Of a DNA stretch of 35,529 nt, positions 9,048-18,896 are shown in pieces (position 1 is the stretch's first letter; each line of letters opens with the position of its first letter). Both the position numbers and the translations under genes were made by a program. The stretch is from positions 1-35,529 of IMG/VR virus record IMGVR_UViG_3300011339_000471; one strand, given 5' to 3'. Source of the DNA: a virus. Its lineage: Duplodnaviria > Caudoviricetes. The notes below the pieces were generated by a model. It was not told where the DNA came from. It did no database searches and saw only the letters and a program-made list of their open reading frames with translations.

Positions 9048-10001
9048 ATGGCACTCTCATACACAACCATCCGCGCTGATATTGCGCAGGCCGTTTTTGA
9101 AGGTCTTTCCAACAAAAACAATTTGTTCATCGGAACCGAAGTCATGCCCGTGTTCAGCTCAGACGTTCGCTCCGGCGCATATCTGAAATTGAACCTCGGC
9201 GACTCCGAAGCCCTCAACGACGACGCGCTCAAGATCGCCGCTGGTGCTGGATATCCACGCACAAGCCGCCGCTTCACAAGCGACTCGTTTGATGCTATCG
9301 AGTACGGTCTCGAAGAGGTTCTTCCTGACTCCAACCGCCGCGATCTCGACAGATTCTTCGACACCGAAGTGAACATTGCCGCAATGCTCCTTCGCCAGAT
9401 CCAAGTCAGCCACGAGGCTCGTGTTGCTTCCGCAGCATTCGCCGCCAACGGTTTGACCGCGATCAGCGCATCGGCAGCATACACCGACGCGAACATCACA
9501 TCGTTCGACGTTCCAGGTGACGTGGCTCAAGCCAAACTCGAACTCGCCAAATACGGCGTGCTCGCGAACACCTTGATCATGTCCATGCCTGTATTCGAGC
9601 GCATCCGCCGCTCTGCCAAGGTTCAGAACCAGTTCTTCGGCATTGTTCCTTCGGATCAAAGCCGTCTCTTGAGCGAAGGCGAAGTTGCCGCCGCTGTCGG
9701 AGTTGACCGCGTTCTCGTAGGCCGCGCACCCAAAAACACAGCCAAAAAAGGCCAAGTATATTCGGGTGGGTTCATCTGGAGCAACACCTACATGGCACTT
9801 GCCAACACGGTTGGTGGAGACTTCTCCGGTGGTGGATTCGGTCGCACTATCGTATGGGCCGCAGACAGCCCCGTGCCTTTCGTCTCCGAAACCTATCGCG
9901 ACGAAGCCCGCCGCGCTGACGTTCTCCGCGTTCGTCAGAACAGCGCCGAGAAAGTCATCGACGGTTCTAGCATCATCCGCATCACAACCGGATACGTGTA
10001 A
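9048..10001 (+). CDS. Major capsid protein (gpE-like, HK97 fold)
   Basis: Size, position, FIGTEVMPV and ETYRDEARRADVLRVRQ motifs; followed by a terminator. Confidence 0.85.
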   Translation: MALSYTTIRADIAQAVFEGLSNKNNLFIGTEVMPVFSSDVRSGAYLKLNLGDSEALNDDALKIAAGAGYPRTSRRFTSDSFDAIEYGLEEVLPDSNRRDLDRFFDTEVNIAAMLLRQIQVSHEARVASAAFAANGLTAISASAAYTDANITSFDVPGDVAQAKLELAKYGVLANTLIMSMPVFERIRRSAKVQNQFFGIVPSDQSRLLSEGEVAAAVGVDRVLVGRAPKNTAKKGQVYSGGFIWSNTYMALANTVGGDFSGGGFGRTIVWAADSPVPFVSETYRDEARRADVLRVRQNSAEKVIDGSSIIRITTGYV

Positions 10002-10024
10002 GATTCCCCGCAAGTAAGCATCGG

Positions 10025-10054
10025 AAAAGCCACCTCGAAAGGGGTGGCTTTTTT
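10025..10054 (+). terminator. Intrinsic terminator after major capsid gene
   Basis: AAAAGCCACCTC-gaaa-GGGGTGGCTTTT stem-loop followed by a T tract. Confidence 0.9.
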
Positions 10055-10085
10055 GTTTTTGTTGACATATGCGTCATGTGTAAAC

Positions 10086-11759
10086 ATGAAACAAAAAACG
10101 AAGCTAGTCGCAGGCTTAATTTGCGGCAACGAAGAGCCGCGCATCGCTCGATGCGTTAAGTCACTCCAACAGATATGCGACGAGATCGTTGTCGTCCGCG
10201 CAATCGGAGCACTCAAGCCAGATCGCACGCTAGAAATAGCGAAAGAACTCGGATGCCATGTTGACGAATATCTCAACTCTCCGCTTGTGGCCGACTGGGA
10301 ACATCTCGACAATTTCGGCGAAGCCAGGAACAAAGCATTTGCGAAAGCCTACGAACTAGCCGGTAAGGAAGGCTGGGTAATGTGGGCAGACTGCGATGAC
10401 GTTATTGAGCCGCACATGGTCGCGCCTACATTGGCCGCGCTTGAAGAATGCCCACCAGAGCAGGACTGGATCTTGACCGACTACGTTATTCCCGAACAAG
10501 GGAAACGCGCACCGAGAGAGCGTTTCTTCCGATATAAGACGGCATGGTGGCATCGTCCGGTTCACGAAAACGCGCAGCCTACAAAGGACGTGCAGGTCTA
10601 TATGCGCCGCGATCTTGAAATCATACACCAACCGCCGCTCGGTCATCGCAACAGCAGCGAGCGCAACCGTCGCATCTTAATGCATCAAGATAGGATGACT
10701 TCGCATTTCAAATTCTATTTGCACTACGAGAACTTCATTGCCGACAACAAGGAACTCGCCGCGAAATACGGCTCCGAAGCATTGGCGTTAAGCGATCTGG
10801 ACGGCGTTAACCGCTACGAAGTATTGTTAAACTGTGCTAACCTGACATCAGGCGCAACATCGCTCACCCTTGCACGCAAAGCGAGAGAGCTTGAGCCAAA
10901 ACGCCGCGAAGCCTACGGACTTGAGGCCAGCATTCTGCTTGACGACAAAAAATACCAAGATGCGCTGAAAGTGGTAGAAGAAATGCTCGAAGTGCCAACT
11001 CCTAAGTTTCCGCAATGGACGCACCGCAAGGAGTGGTATGGATGGAAGGGCGATCAACTCTACGCTTGGGTTCTCCGACTTCTCGGACGCAACGAAGACG
11101 CCGAAGAGATCGAGCGCGAAACGCTGGCAGGATCGAACAAGCCCAAGATTTCTCTCGTCCACGCAACGCGAGGAAGGCCCGTGCAGGCCGTTCAATGTAT
11201 GACGTTATGGCTTTCCCGCGCAACGCATCCAGAGCGCGTGGAACATATCTTTGCAGTCGATCACGACGACGACACAGCGGACGTGCTCCAACGCTTTCGA
11301 TCTGTGACGCAAAAAGACCAAGGGTATTCTGTCGGGGCTTGGAACTTGGGGGCAGCCAAGGCGTCGGGGGATATTATTATACAATTATCGGACGATTGGG
11401 AGTGTCCGCCAGGGTGGGACGAGATGGTAGAAAAGCGTCTCGACATTTCGCAGCCGCAGGTGCTTCGGATATCGGATGGCTATCGCAAAGACGAATTACT
11501 TTGCATGGCGATTTTAACGCGCAAATATTATGAGCAGCATGGACTATTCAACCCAAGATTCCGAAATGTATACAGCGACACCGATTTCACCTTTCGTGCC
11601 GCGAAAAATGGGGCGATTGTTGATGCTCGTGATATTGCTATCGTTCATCATCATCCGTTTTTTGAAGAGCGTCCGCTCGATTCGACATATCAGCGTGGAA
11701 ACGATCCGGCAGAATATGAAAGAGCGAAGGGAATTTTTGAAGAACTCCACGCAAAATGA
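10086..11759 (+). CDS. Two-domain glycosyltransferase (GT2 - TPR-like - GT-A)
   Basis: N-terminal GT2 (LICGNEEPRIARCVKS, NFGEARN, WADCDD, PVHE), helical TPR-like middle, second GT-A domain (ISLVHATRGRP, IIQLSDDW, YSDTDF). Start placed at ATG 10086 because the longer ORF runs back into the terminator. Confidence 0.88.
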   Translation: MKQKTKLVAGLICGNEEPRIARCVKSLQQICDEIVVVRAIGALKPDRTLEIAKELGCHVDEYLNSPLVADWEHLDNFGEARNKAFAKAYELAGKEGWVMWADCDDVIEPHMVAPTLAALEECPPEQDWILTDYVIPEQGKRAPRERFFRYKTAWWHRPVHENAQPTKDVQVYMRRDLEIIHQPPLGHRNSSERNRRILMHQDRMTSHFKFYLHYENFIADNKELAAKYGSEALALSDLDGVNRYEVLLNCANLTSGATSLTLARKARELEPKRREAYGLEASILLDDKKYQDALKVVEEMLEVPTPKFPQWTHRKEWYGWKGDQLYAWVLRLLGRNEDAEEIERETLAGSNKPKISLVHATRGRPVQAVQCMTLWLSRATHPERVEHIFAVDHDDDTADVLQRFRSVTQKDQGYSVGAWNLGAAKASGDIIIQLSDDWECPPGWDEMVEKRLDISQPQVLRISDGYRKDELLCMAILTRKYYEQHGLFNPRFRNVYSDTDFTFRAAKNGAIVDARDIAIVHHHPFFEERPLDSTYQRGNDPAEYERAKGIFEELHAK

Positions 11760-12076
11760 GTGATCGACCAACACCAGAAACAGACGACATCGCGCGAGGA
11801 AATCATGTCGTTCCGACCGAGTGGGCGAAGCAACTAGAACGCGAGCGCGACAAGGCAAATGAAGAACTTCATAAACAGCTTGTTCGATATGACCAGTTGT
11901 TTGACGAGGCAGAAAAAATCAGGATCGAGCGCGACGAGGCGAGAAGAAAGTTGAACAACTTAGATGTTACCGCAATCCATTCGTGTCACAACGAATGCCA
12001 AAGGCCGATCTGTGTTCTGCGTAGAGAGCGCGACGAGGCTAGGGAGGCATTAAACAAAATATTAAAAAATGAATAA
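11756..12076 (+). CDS. Coiled-coil protein with ERDEAR repeats
   Basis: ERERDKA, IERDEAR and RERDEAR repeats; overlaps both neighbours. Confidence 0.7.
   Translation: MSDRPTPETDDIARGNHVVPTEWAKQLERERDKANEELHKQLVRYDQLFDEAEKIRIERDEARRKLNNLDVTAIHSCHNECQRPICVLRRERDEAREALNKILKNE
11843..12039 (+). repeat. Three 14-nt direct repeats GAGCGCGAC(A/G)AGGC
   Basis: Copies at 11843, 11927 and 12026. Confidence 0.8.
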
Positions 12077-12653
12077 AGATGTCACTCTCATCGTCTTTGA
12101 AGGATTAAAATCAAGGCACGAGCAAAGCGAGAAGCTATTTAAACACCTTTGCGGATTGGGTGGATTCGGTGATGCCGTTTACATCGCCGAAGACTGCACA
12201 TACCAACAAGCGATGCATTGGGAGCTGGGCCGCTTTGCCGACTATTTCGACACGTCGCACGCGCTCATCTGCACGCACGATGGGTTTATTGCAAATCCGC
12301 ATCTATGGAATGATTCATGGCTCGAATACGACATGATCGGAGCGCCTTGGCCTGCGTTTTGGAACGTCGGACATCGCGTCGGCAATACAGGATTTACACT
12401 CCAAAGCCAAAAGTTTTTACAGATGGCAGCAAAGGCCGAAGCGCTTTGGAAGGGCGAGGCAGGAGATGTTTTCTTGTGTCGCACAATGGAGCAAGGTTTT
12501 CGAGATAACGGCATCAAATATGCGCCAGTGAATGTTGCGGCGGCATTCTCGTGGGAACATTTCATTGAAGAAAATACAGCTGGGCCGGATCGCTCCTTCG
12601 GTTTCCACGGGTGGGTGGCAGGGAAAACGCGCGAACAATATTACACGTTTTGA
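12069..12653 (+). CDS. DUF5672-like putative glycosyltransferase
   Basis: LICTHDGFI, YDMIGAPW, VGNTGFTL and FGFHG motifs typical of this GT-A-like family. Confidence 0.75.
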   Translation: MNKDVTLIVFEGLKSRHEQSEKLFKHLCGLGGFGDAVYIAEDCTYQQAMHWELGRFADYFDTSHALICTHDGFIANPHLWNDSWLEYDMIGAPWPAFWNVGHRVGNTGFTLQSQKFLQMAAKAEALWKGEAGDVFLCRTMEQGFRDNGIKYAPVNVAAAFSWEHFIEENTAGPDRSFGFHGWVAGKTREQYYTF

Positions 12654-13312
12654 ACATCCTAATTGTTTACCATTTGCGTCTCGGAGACATCGCGCGGTGC
12701 TTACCGATAGCGAAACATTTCGCGGATCAAGGCCACAACGTGATGTTTGAATGCCTGCCGGAGTATCACGGTCTTTTCGAGATGGTCGATTATTGCAAGC
12801 CGCTTTATCCACAGAACGATCACAGCGGATTTCACCGCATCATCAACTTGCAAATATGGCCAGACTTGCACGAAGACTTTTGCGCGAGTCCGCTGGGATG
12901 GAGCGACTATGTTTACGGGCTTTTTCCAGAAGGCAAAGATATCGACCGTCAGATCGTTCTCAACTCGCCCGCAATAGTTACACCGCCCGAACTAAAATCA
13001 TGGGTTCTTTGCTTTCCGACCGGATACTCGCAAGATAAAAAGATCGACGTTCGGGATGTTATCACCATCGCGCACCAAGTCGCGAACGGCAGGCCAGTTC
13101 TTTGCGCAGGAAAGGCCGCTCACGGCATGGCTGAGTTTGAAAGCATAGAATATATGTGTGCTTACATTCGGGACGCACTAGAAATGGTTACGATCAACAC
13201 AAGCACAAGCATCCTTGCATCCGCGCTCCGCAAAAGTTGGGTTCACATCGCGGACAGCCCGAAGCACGACTTCGCGCATCCAAACCAGCGGCGTGTAGAG
13301 CGCAAGTTTTGA
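12650..13312 (+). CDS. GT-B glycosyltransferase (GT9/heptosyltransferase-like)
   Basis: ILIVYHLRLGDIARCLPIAK N-terminus and TINTSTSILASAL late motif; TTG start at 12650 overlaps the upstream stop. Confidence 0.7.
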   Translation: MNILIVYHLRLGDIARCLPIAKHFADQGHNVMFECLPEYHGLFEMVDYCKPLYPQNDHSGFHRIINLQIWPDLHEDFCASPLGWSDYVYGLFPEGKDIDRQIVLNSPAIVTPPELKSWVLCFPTGYSQDKKIDVRDVITIAHQVANGRPVLCAGKAAHGMAEFESIEYMCAYIRDALEMVTINTSTSILASALRKSWVHIADSPKHDFAHPNQRRVERKF

Positions 13313-13327
13313 CGCATCGTCCCCTTT

Positions 13328-13636
13328 GTGGGACTGCTCGACATTTTTACGAACGATTTAAGCGCGATCATGAACGAACTGCCGTTGGCAGTTACGTTCG
13401 GAGAGCGCAATTTTCTCGCGAATCGGACAACATACCGTCGTGACAATAGCCTGGCTGACGGCGGATTTATGGATTCGGCATCCATGACCATTACGGCGAT
13501 CTACGACGCTTTCGTTCAGACTATTTCTCTCGGTGACGTTCTTATCATCGGGGGCCGGCGCTTTCGCGTTACGTCCGCAGAGCTTTCCCAAGACGCTGTC
13601 AGCGTCGATTTCACACTAGAGGACATTAACAAATGA
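13328..13636 (+). CDS. Head-tail joining (head closure) protein
   Basis: 102 aa, beta-rich, LGDVLIIGGRRFRV motif of gpFII-like proteins. Confidence 0.65.
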   Translation: MGLLDIFTNDLSAIMNELPLAVTFGERNFLANRTTYRRDNSLADGGFMDSASMTITAIYDAFVQTISLGDVLIIGGRRFRVTSAELSQDAVSVDFTLEDINK

Positions 13637-15276
13637 GCATTTTCTTTCCAGAAGACGAGGGGCGCGAAGTCCCAGAGACAGACTATCAACCCATCCTTCG
13701 CACCGAATTAGTAACGGGCGCAGCGGGGCCGACCGGATCACAGGGCCAGAAGGGCGACACGGGAAATACCGGAGCGGGAGTTGTAACAGGCGGACTTACA
13801 GGACAGGTGCTCGCGAAAAAGAGCAATACAGACTATGACACAGAATGGGTCACAGGCGGTGGTGGTGGCTCTGCTATATGGGGCGGCATTCTTGGAACGC
13901 TTTCGAACCAGACCGACTTACAGACCATCCTAAATAATAAGGCACCTGCATCGGGCATTTCGCCAAGCGCAATTTCTGGAACGGCAGTAATTACGACGGA
14001 TTCACGTCTAAGCGATTCGCGCACGCCTACAGGCGTAGCATCGGGCGATCTTGGTGGGACATATCCAGCGCCTAGCGTTGTTAAGTTGCAAGGGTTTTCA
14101 GTTGCGACGGCAGCTCCTATTACTGGTCAATCCTTGCGATGGAATGGATCGGAGTGGGCTGCGATAACTCCGCTAACCGTTGTAACATGGGGGAGCATTA
14201 CCGGCACGCTCGCAAACCAGACCGACTTGCAAAGTGCCCTTGACGCAAAGGCGCTCAAAATTACGGCGATCACGGCAGGAACAGGGCTGACAGGCGGCGG
14301 CGACTTATCGCAGTCGCGCACGATCTCGATGCTCCCCGACGTTCCTGCGGACTCGCTCAATTTTAACACGGCGGCGACCGAAGCAAATGCTGTCGGGAAG
14401 ATGTTTTGGAATGCAACCGAAGGCGCTCCGCAAGTTGGACTAGCAGGCGGAAATTTGCAGCTTCAAATGGGATCAATGCTTGTTGCCTACGTTCGCAATG
14501 CCGAGGCTACAACGCTTAATAAGGGCGAGGTGGTATATCTGTTCGGTGCAACTGGCAACCGCGCCAGCGTCAAACGAGCATCTAACCAAGCTGATTCCAG
14601 TTCATCAAAAACTATAGGGCTTGTTGCCGAAAGTATCGGTGCAAACCAAAATGGTTTTATTATTACACAGGGTACGATCGATGGACTCTCGTTAGGATCA
14701 CCTTATGTTGAAGGCGACTCCGTCTATCTTGGAAACACTCCAGGGACATTTACACGGGTCAAGCCAACTCAGCCAAATCACATCGTTTTTATCGGCGTTG
14801 TAGAACGTGCGAATGCTGGCAACGGCCAACTTTATATCCGACCACAAAACGGCTTTGAGCTTGAAGAGTTGCACGATGTTCTAATCACTTCGCCAACGAA
14901 CAATCAGACCATACTCTGGAACTCAGCAGTTACGCTCTGGACGAACTCAACCTTGACCGTAGGAACCATCAGCGGACTCTCAGCCGATCTTTCCGGCAAG
15001 GTCGCATCGGTCGGGGCCACTTCTCCCGTTGTTTCAAGCGGAGGCACAACACCGACAATTTCGATTCCAGCCGCAACAGCTTTGACAAACGGATTTTTGT
15101 CCGCGATTGATTGGGCTACATTTAATGCAAAGCAAGCCGCAGGCGCTTATGTAACATCTATTACTAGCGGGACGACAGGAGCAACGCAGCTTACAAATAT
15201 GATGCAGATTACGTCCGCTGGATATAGTGCCATAACTTCGCCAGCCGCAAACACGCTCTATATTATCGTAGGATGA
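13633..15276 (+). CDS. Fibre protein (short collagen-like stretch, WGxIxGTLxNQTDLQ repeats)
   Basis: GAAGPTGSQGQKGDTG collagen-like triplets; two WGxIxGTLxNQTDLQ repeats at about 13879 and 14188; C-terminal NTLYIIVG motif. Confidence 0.75.
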   Translation: MSIFFPEDEGREVPETDYQPILRTELVTGAAGPTGSQGQKGDTGNTGAGVVTGGLTGQVLAKKSNTDYDTEWVTGGGGGSAIWGGILGTLSNQTDLQTILNNKAPASGISPSAISGTAVITTDSRLSDSRTPTGVASGDLGGTYPAPSVVKLQGFSVATAAPITGQSLRWNGSEWAAITPLTVVTWGSITGTLANQTDLQSALDAKALKITAITAGTGLTGGGDLSQSRTISMLPDVPADSLNFNTAATEANAVGKMFWNATEGAPQVGLAGGNLQLQMGSMLVAYVRNAEATTLNKGEVVYLFGATGNRASVKRASNQADSSSSKTIGLVAESIGANQNGFIITQGTIDGLSLGSPYVEGDSVYLGNTPGTFTRVKPTQPNHIVFIGVVERANAGNGQLYIRPQNGFELEELHDVLITSPTNNQTILWNSAVTLWTNSTLTVGTISGLSADLSGKVASVGATSPVVSSGGTTPTISIPAATALTNGFLSAIDWATFNAKQAAGAYVTSITSGTTGATQLTNMMQITSAGYSAITSPAANTLYIIVG

Positions 15277-18233
15277 TCTTAACTGATTCGACTTCCGCCA
15301 GAATACAATCGTCTATTGTATCTACAATAGCTAGTGCTACGTCTGCATTTCGCCATTTTATGGTATATGCAGACACCGCTGTATCTTCTGCAATTTCTGG
15401 CACTATTGGAATAATAAAAAATGGTCTTGGAATTTTAACTTTATCGGGAAATAATACTTATTCTGGTAATACTGCTATCAATGCAGGAGTTTTATCCATA
15501 ACGGATATTACATCTTTGCCGGGGTGGAATACGAATGGAAGATATTCTGTGGAATCCGGCGCAACGCTTGCTGTATATAATGCAGTAACCGATGCAAATG
15601 TTGTTACGATGTTGGCAACGACAAACTTCAAAGCAAATTCAGCGATTGGTTTTGATACAACATCTGGAGTTAGAACATATCCGAATGTTATTGCTAATAC
15701 AGCGCAGGGAGTATTGGGACTAACAAAGATAGGCGCAAATACATTAACGATTTCTGGAGCAAACACCTACACTGGGCCAACGCTTGTTATCGCTGGAACT
15801 CTTGCGACATCAGCGGCTAACAGAATCCCAAATGCCTCTGCCGTTACAATTCTATCTGGCGCGATAATTAATCTCGGAGGCTCAGACACCTTTGCTACTC
15901 TTGCAGGTGCAGGGACATTAACTTGTGGTGCAAATTCTTTGACTCTTAGCTCCGCAAATTCCGCAGCATTCAGCGGAACATTAACAAATACAGCAGGAAC
16001 ATTCTTTAAGTCAGGAACCGGAACGCAAACACTTTCTGGATCAACAACTGTTGCTGCAAATGTTCGGCTTGATGGTGGTGGAATTGTATCCAGCGGGACA
16101 TTTACGCAAACAGCGGCAGCAGGCTCTCGTAACTTTCAGATTGCTATTAATACAGGAACAGCAGCAACACTAACTGTATCTAGTGGAACAATGACCATTA
16201 CCGGATTGTTCTTCGGGGAGAATAACGGCGGATCAGCAACGATGAATGTTAATGCCGGAACGCTTCAAGTGAATGGCGAGACATGGATGGCTGGTCTTGC
16301 CAGCACACTTAATGTTAATGGCGGAACATTTAATGGATCAGCTTATGATATTGGTGGTGGTGGTGGAACTACGACAAGTATTGTAAACATAATATCTGGG
16401 ACATTTGCATTAACTGGGAACCTTCGCTGGGGTATCGGCGGAGCGTCTGCAACATCTGTAATAAACCTAGATGGAGGAACATTCCGTTGCAATAACTGGT
16501 TTAGAAATGGCGGGACGAATACATTCAACTTTAACGGTGGAACATTTACTACAAACGCTAATAATTTAACTATAACTCAGCCGCTTATATCCTGCTTGAT
16601 TAAAAGTGGTGGAGCTATATTCGGAAATGCCGTTACGCTTATTTTCGATACTGTTTTGGCAAATGCGCCTAGCGTTTCGGGAAATCTCGTAATGAATGGA
16701 ACCGGAACGCTTGTTCTTAATCAGGCTAATACATTCTCTGGAACGATCACGATAAATGCTGGAATTATCCAATTTGGAAATAGTTCTACAACCGGATCGG
16801 CTGGCTCAAGCAGCGGAATAACAAACAACGCAACGCTTGCATTCAACCGCACTAATACAATAACGCAGGGAACAGACTTCCCTATTATCAGCGGAAGCGG
16901 GATTCTTATTCAGACGGGAATCGGAACAACTATACTTGGTCTATCAAATAGTTATACAGGAGAAACTAGGATCAACGCTGGAACATTAAGATTAGGTCAC
17001 GCTAATGCACTTGGTTCTGGGAGCATTCGCTTTAACGGTGGAACAATGCAATTTGGTAGCGGGATAACGTCAGATGTCTCTTCGAGGATTGTAAATAATT
17101 CTTCCGCTATTCGTATAGATACAAATGGTCAGAATGTTGATTTTGCATCGCTCGATTCAACCAATACTGACGGACTGGTTAAGACGGGAACTGGGATATT
17201 AACAATGTCTAGCTCTGGTAATACTTATACTGGAGTCAATACAATTAGCGTAGGGGAAATGACATTCTCTGGAACCTATACTGCAACAAATGCTGTCAAT
17301 ATCAATGGTTCAGCTAATCCGATATTAAATATCAGCGGTAATTTTACACAGACATTTACTGGAAGCGGTGTGCGTAGCTTCCAACTCGCAGTCAGTGCAG
17401 GAAATACAGGAACCGTAAATGTAAGTGGATCGGCGGTTGTTACACTTAATGGCGGAATGATGCTTGGTGATAACAATGGGGGCAACGGGACATTCAATCA
17501 AACAGGTGGCACGGTCAATACCAGCACCGCAGGCGTTTGGTTGGCTGGCGCTGTTTGTTTGATTAATGTTTCTGGCGGCACATTTACCGCAAATGGGATC
17601 GAATGCGGCGGAGGAACAGGGGCTGGAACAATAACAATTTCTGGAGGAACGATAAATTCAGATAGCTTAATTCTAAATCGCGGAACTGGGGCCAGCGTAT
17701 CGTCTACATTAAATTTAAATGGTGGCAATTTTACCACAACCGGCATTTCTCATGTCACGACAACTAACCCAGCGACCATTAATTTTAATGGGGCAACATT
17801 CTCGCCGCAAAATACAATGTCGATACCAACAACTGTATCAACTGTTGTAAAATCTGGTGGAGCGATTTTTAATTTATCTGGAGCAGCAGCATTAACGATT
17901 GCAGGAGCATTAACCGATGGAACTGGTGGAGGTGGAGTAACAAAACAAGGGACTGGGACTGTTAATTTAAATGGAACGAATACATACACCGGCGCAACAT
18001 CAATTTTAGGTGGGAATATTGTAGTTCCAAAAACCAATGGTGGCAGTAGTGGAACTGCAACCTTCACAAATACGACCCTTTCTGTTTCATTTAATGTTGC
18101 CCCTACGGTTGGGATGACATTTCGTTATTTTCCAGGAACGACTACGCAAACCTACGCATCTGTAACTTTGGTCGGTGCTCCAGGTCGAACAGCAACATAC
18201 AACTCCAGCAACTCAACTCTTACAATAGCATGA
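15273..18233 (+). CDS. Adhesin/receptor-binding protein with autotransporter-associated beta-strand repeats
   Basis: Several copies of GLTKxGxGTLTLSGxNTYTGxTxINAGTL; Gly/Thr/Asn-rich; AT-rich DNA; no signal peptide or barrel domain. Confidence 0.8.
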   Translation: MILTDSTSARIQSSIVSTIASATSAFRHFMVYADTAVSSAISGTIGIIKNGLGILTLSGNNTYSGNTAINAGVLSITDITSLPGWNTNGRYSVESGATLAVYNAVTDANVVTMLATTNFKANSAIGFDTTSGVRTYPNVIANTAQGVLGLTKIGANTLTISGANTYTGPTLVIAGTLATSAANRIPNASAVTILSGAIINLGGSDTFATLAGAGTLTCGANSLTLSSANSAAFSGTLTNTAGTFFKSGTGTQTLSGSTTVAANVRLDGGGIVSSGTFTQTAAAGSRNFQIAINTGTAATLTVSSGTMTITGLFFGENNGGSATMNVNAGTLQVNGETWMAGLASTLNVNGGTFNGSAYDIGGGGGTTTSIVNIISGTFALTGNLRWGIGGASATSVINLDGGTFRCNNWFRNGGTNTFNFNGGTFTTNANNLTITQPLISCLIKSGGAIFGNAVTLIFDTVLANAPSVSGNLVMNGTGTLVLNQANTFSGTITINAGIIQFGNSSTTGSAGSSSGITNNATLAFNRTNTITQGTDFPIISGSGILIQTGIGTTILGLSNSYTGETRINAGTLRLGHANALGSGSIRFNGGTMQFGSGITSDVSSRIVNNSSAIRIDTNGQNVDFASLDSTNTDGLVKTGTGILTMSSSGNTYTGVNTISVGEMTFSGTYTATNAVNINGSANPILNISGNFTQTFTGSGVRSFQLAVSAGNTGTVNVSGSAVVTLNGGMMLGDNNGGNGTFNQTGGTVNTSTAGVWLAGAVCLINVSGGTFTANGIECGGGTGAGTITISGGTINSDSLILNRGTGASVSSTLNLNGGNFTTTGISHVTTTNPATINFNGATFSPQNTMSIPTTVSTVVKSGGAIFNLSGAAALTIAGALTDGTGGGGVTKQGTGTVNLNGTNTYTGATSILGGNIVVPKTNGGSSGTATFTNTTLSVSFNVAPTVGMTFRYFPGTTTQTYASVTLVGAPGRTATYNSSNSTLTIA

Positions 18234-18481
18234 TAATTCAACCTAATGAAGATGGCTGGGCATTCGACGAGTCAACCGCATGGAAGCTGGTTTACGATGG
18301 AAGCACGATCATCTTTTTCGACGAAACAGAGAAAGCGATCTCGACGCAAAGCATGTTGTTCGTAGGAACAAAAGACGAATGCGGAGCAGAGATCGCGCGG
18401 CTTGGGCTTGTTGACGTTACCGCCCAAGAGAATGATAACGGACTCGACCTACACGCTGACGCTGGAGAAGGCGCTGACTGA
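18230..18481 (+). CDS. Hypothetical protein
   Basis: ATGA overlap with the adhesin gene. Confidence 0.6.
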   Translation: MIIQPNEDGWAFDESTAWKLVYDGSTIIFFDETEKAISTQSMLFVGTKDECGAEIARLGLVDVTAQENDNGLDLHADAGEGAD

Positions 18482-18878
18482 CACTTTCGTGCTTGCACTC
18501 CAGCAAGAGATGCAGAGCGCCCTTGTGGTAACGGCAGCGGAGAACTTCGGAACGATGACGCTTCCGGCGTGCTTCGTGAAATGCACTCGCCAGCGCGAGA
18601 GCATTATCGACTCCGCCATTTTCCAGTTCTCGGTCGATATCGCGTTGATCGTGCAGGCCGACGACATGGATCAAATGGCGATGGAGAACTTATGGTCGCA
18701 GGTGCTCTGTATTTCGCATGATATTACCGGCCTAAAGACAAAGCTCAACGCCGTCCGTCCGCAATATGCTTTCGTATTCGGCATCCTTCGAGACGGGCCG
18801 GTATCGATCTCGACAAACGAGCGGCACTTTGAGCGGTCGGTTACGATCACGGTGCACGCTGCACTTTTCGCGAGTTGA
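18432..18878 (+). CDS. Putative tail terminator/completion protein
   Basis: Directly before the tail tube gene; TLPACFV motif; ATG 18432 lies 21 nt after a TTGAC motif. Confidence 0.6.
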   Translation: MITDSTYTLTLEKALTDTFVLALQQEMQSALVVTAAENFGTMTLPACFVKCTRQRESIIDSAIFQFSVDIALIVQADDMDQMAMENLWSQVLCISHDITGLKTKLNAVRPQYAFVFGILRDGPVSISTNERHFERSVTITVHAALFAS

Positions 18879-18896
18879 CAATTTCCACGAAATATC

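Noticed and set aside
9159-10013. Long minus-strand ORFs (also 4043-4783, 8067-8774, 22424-23107)
   Set aside because: Antisense shadows of well-supported plus-strand genes, with no recognisable motifs.
10044-10085. Hydrophobic N-terminal extension (signal-like) on the glycosyltransferase
   Set aside because: It is translation through the terminator T tract; the likely start is ATG 10086.
13633-18233. Diversity-generating retroelement acting on the fibre genes
   Set aside because: No reverse transcriptase and no template/variable repeat pair differing at adenines was seen.
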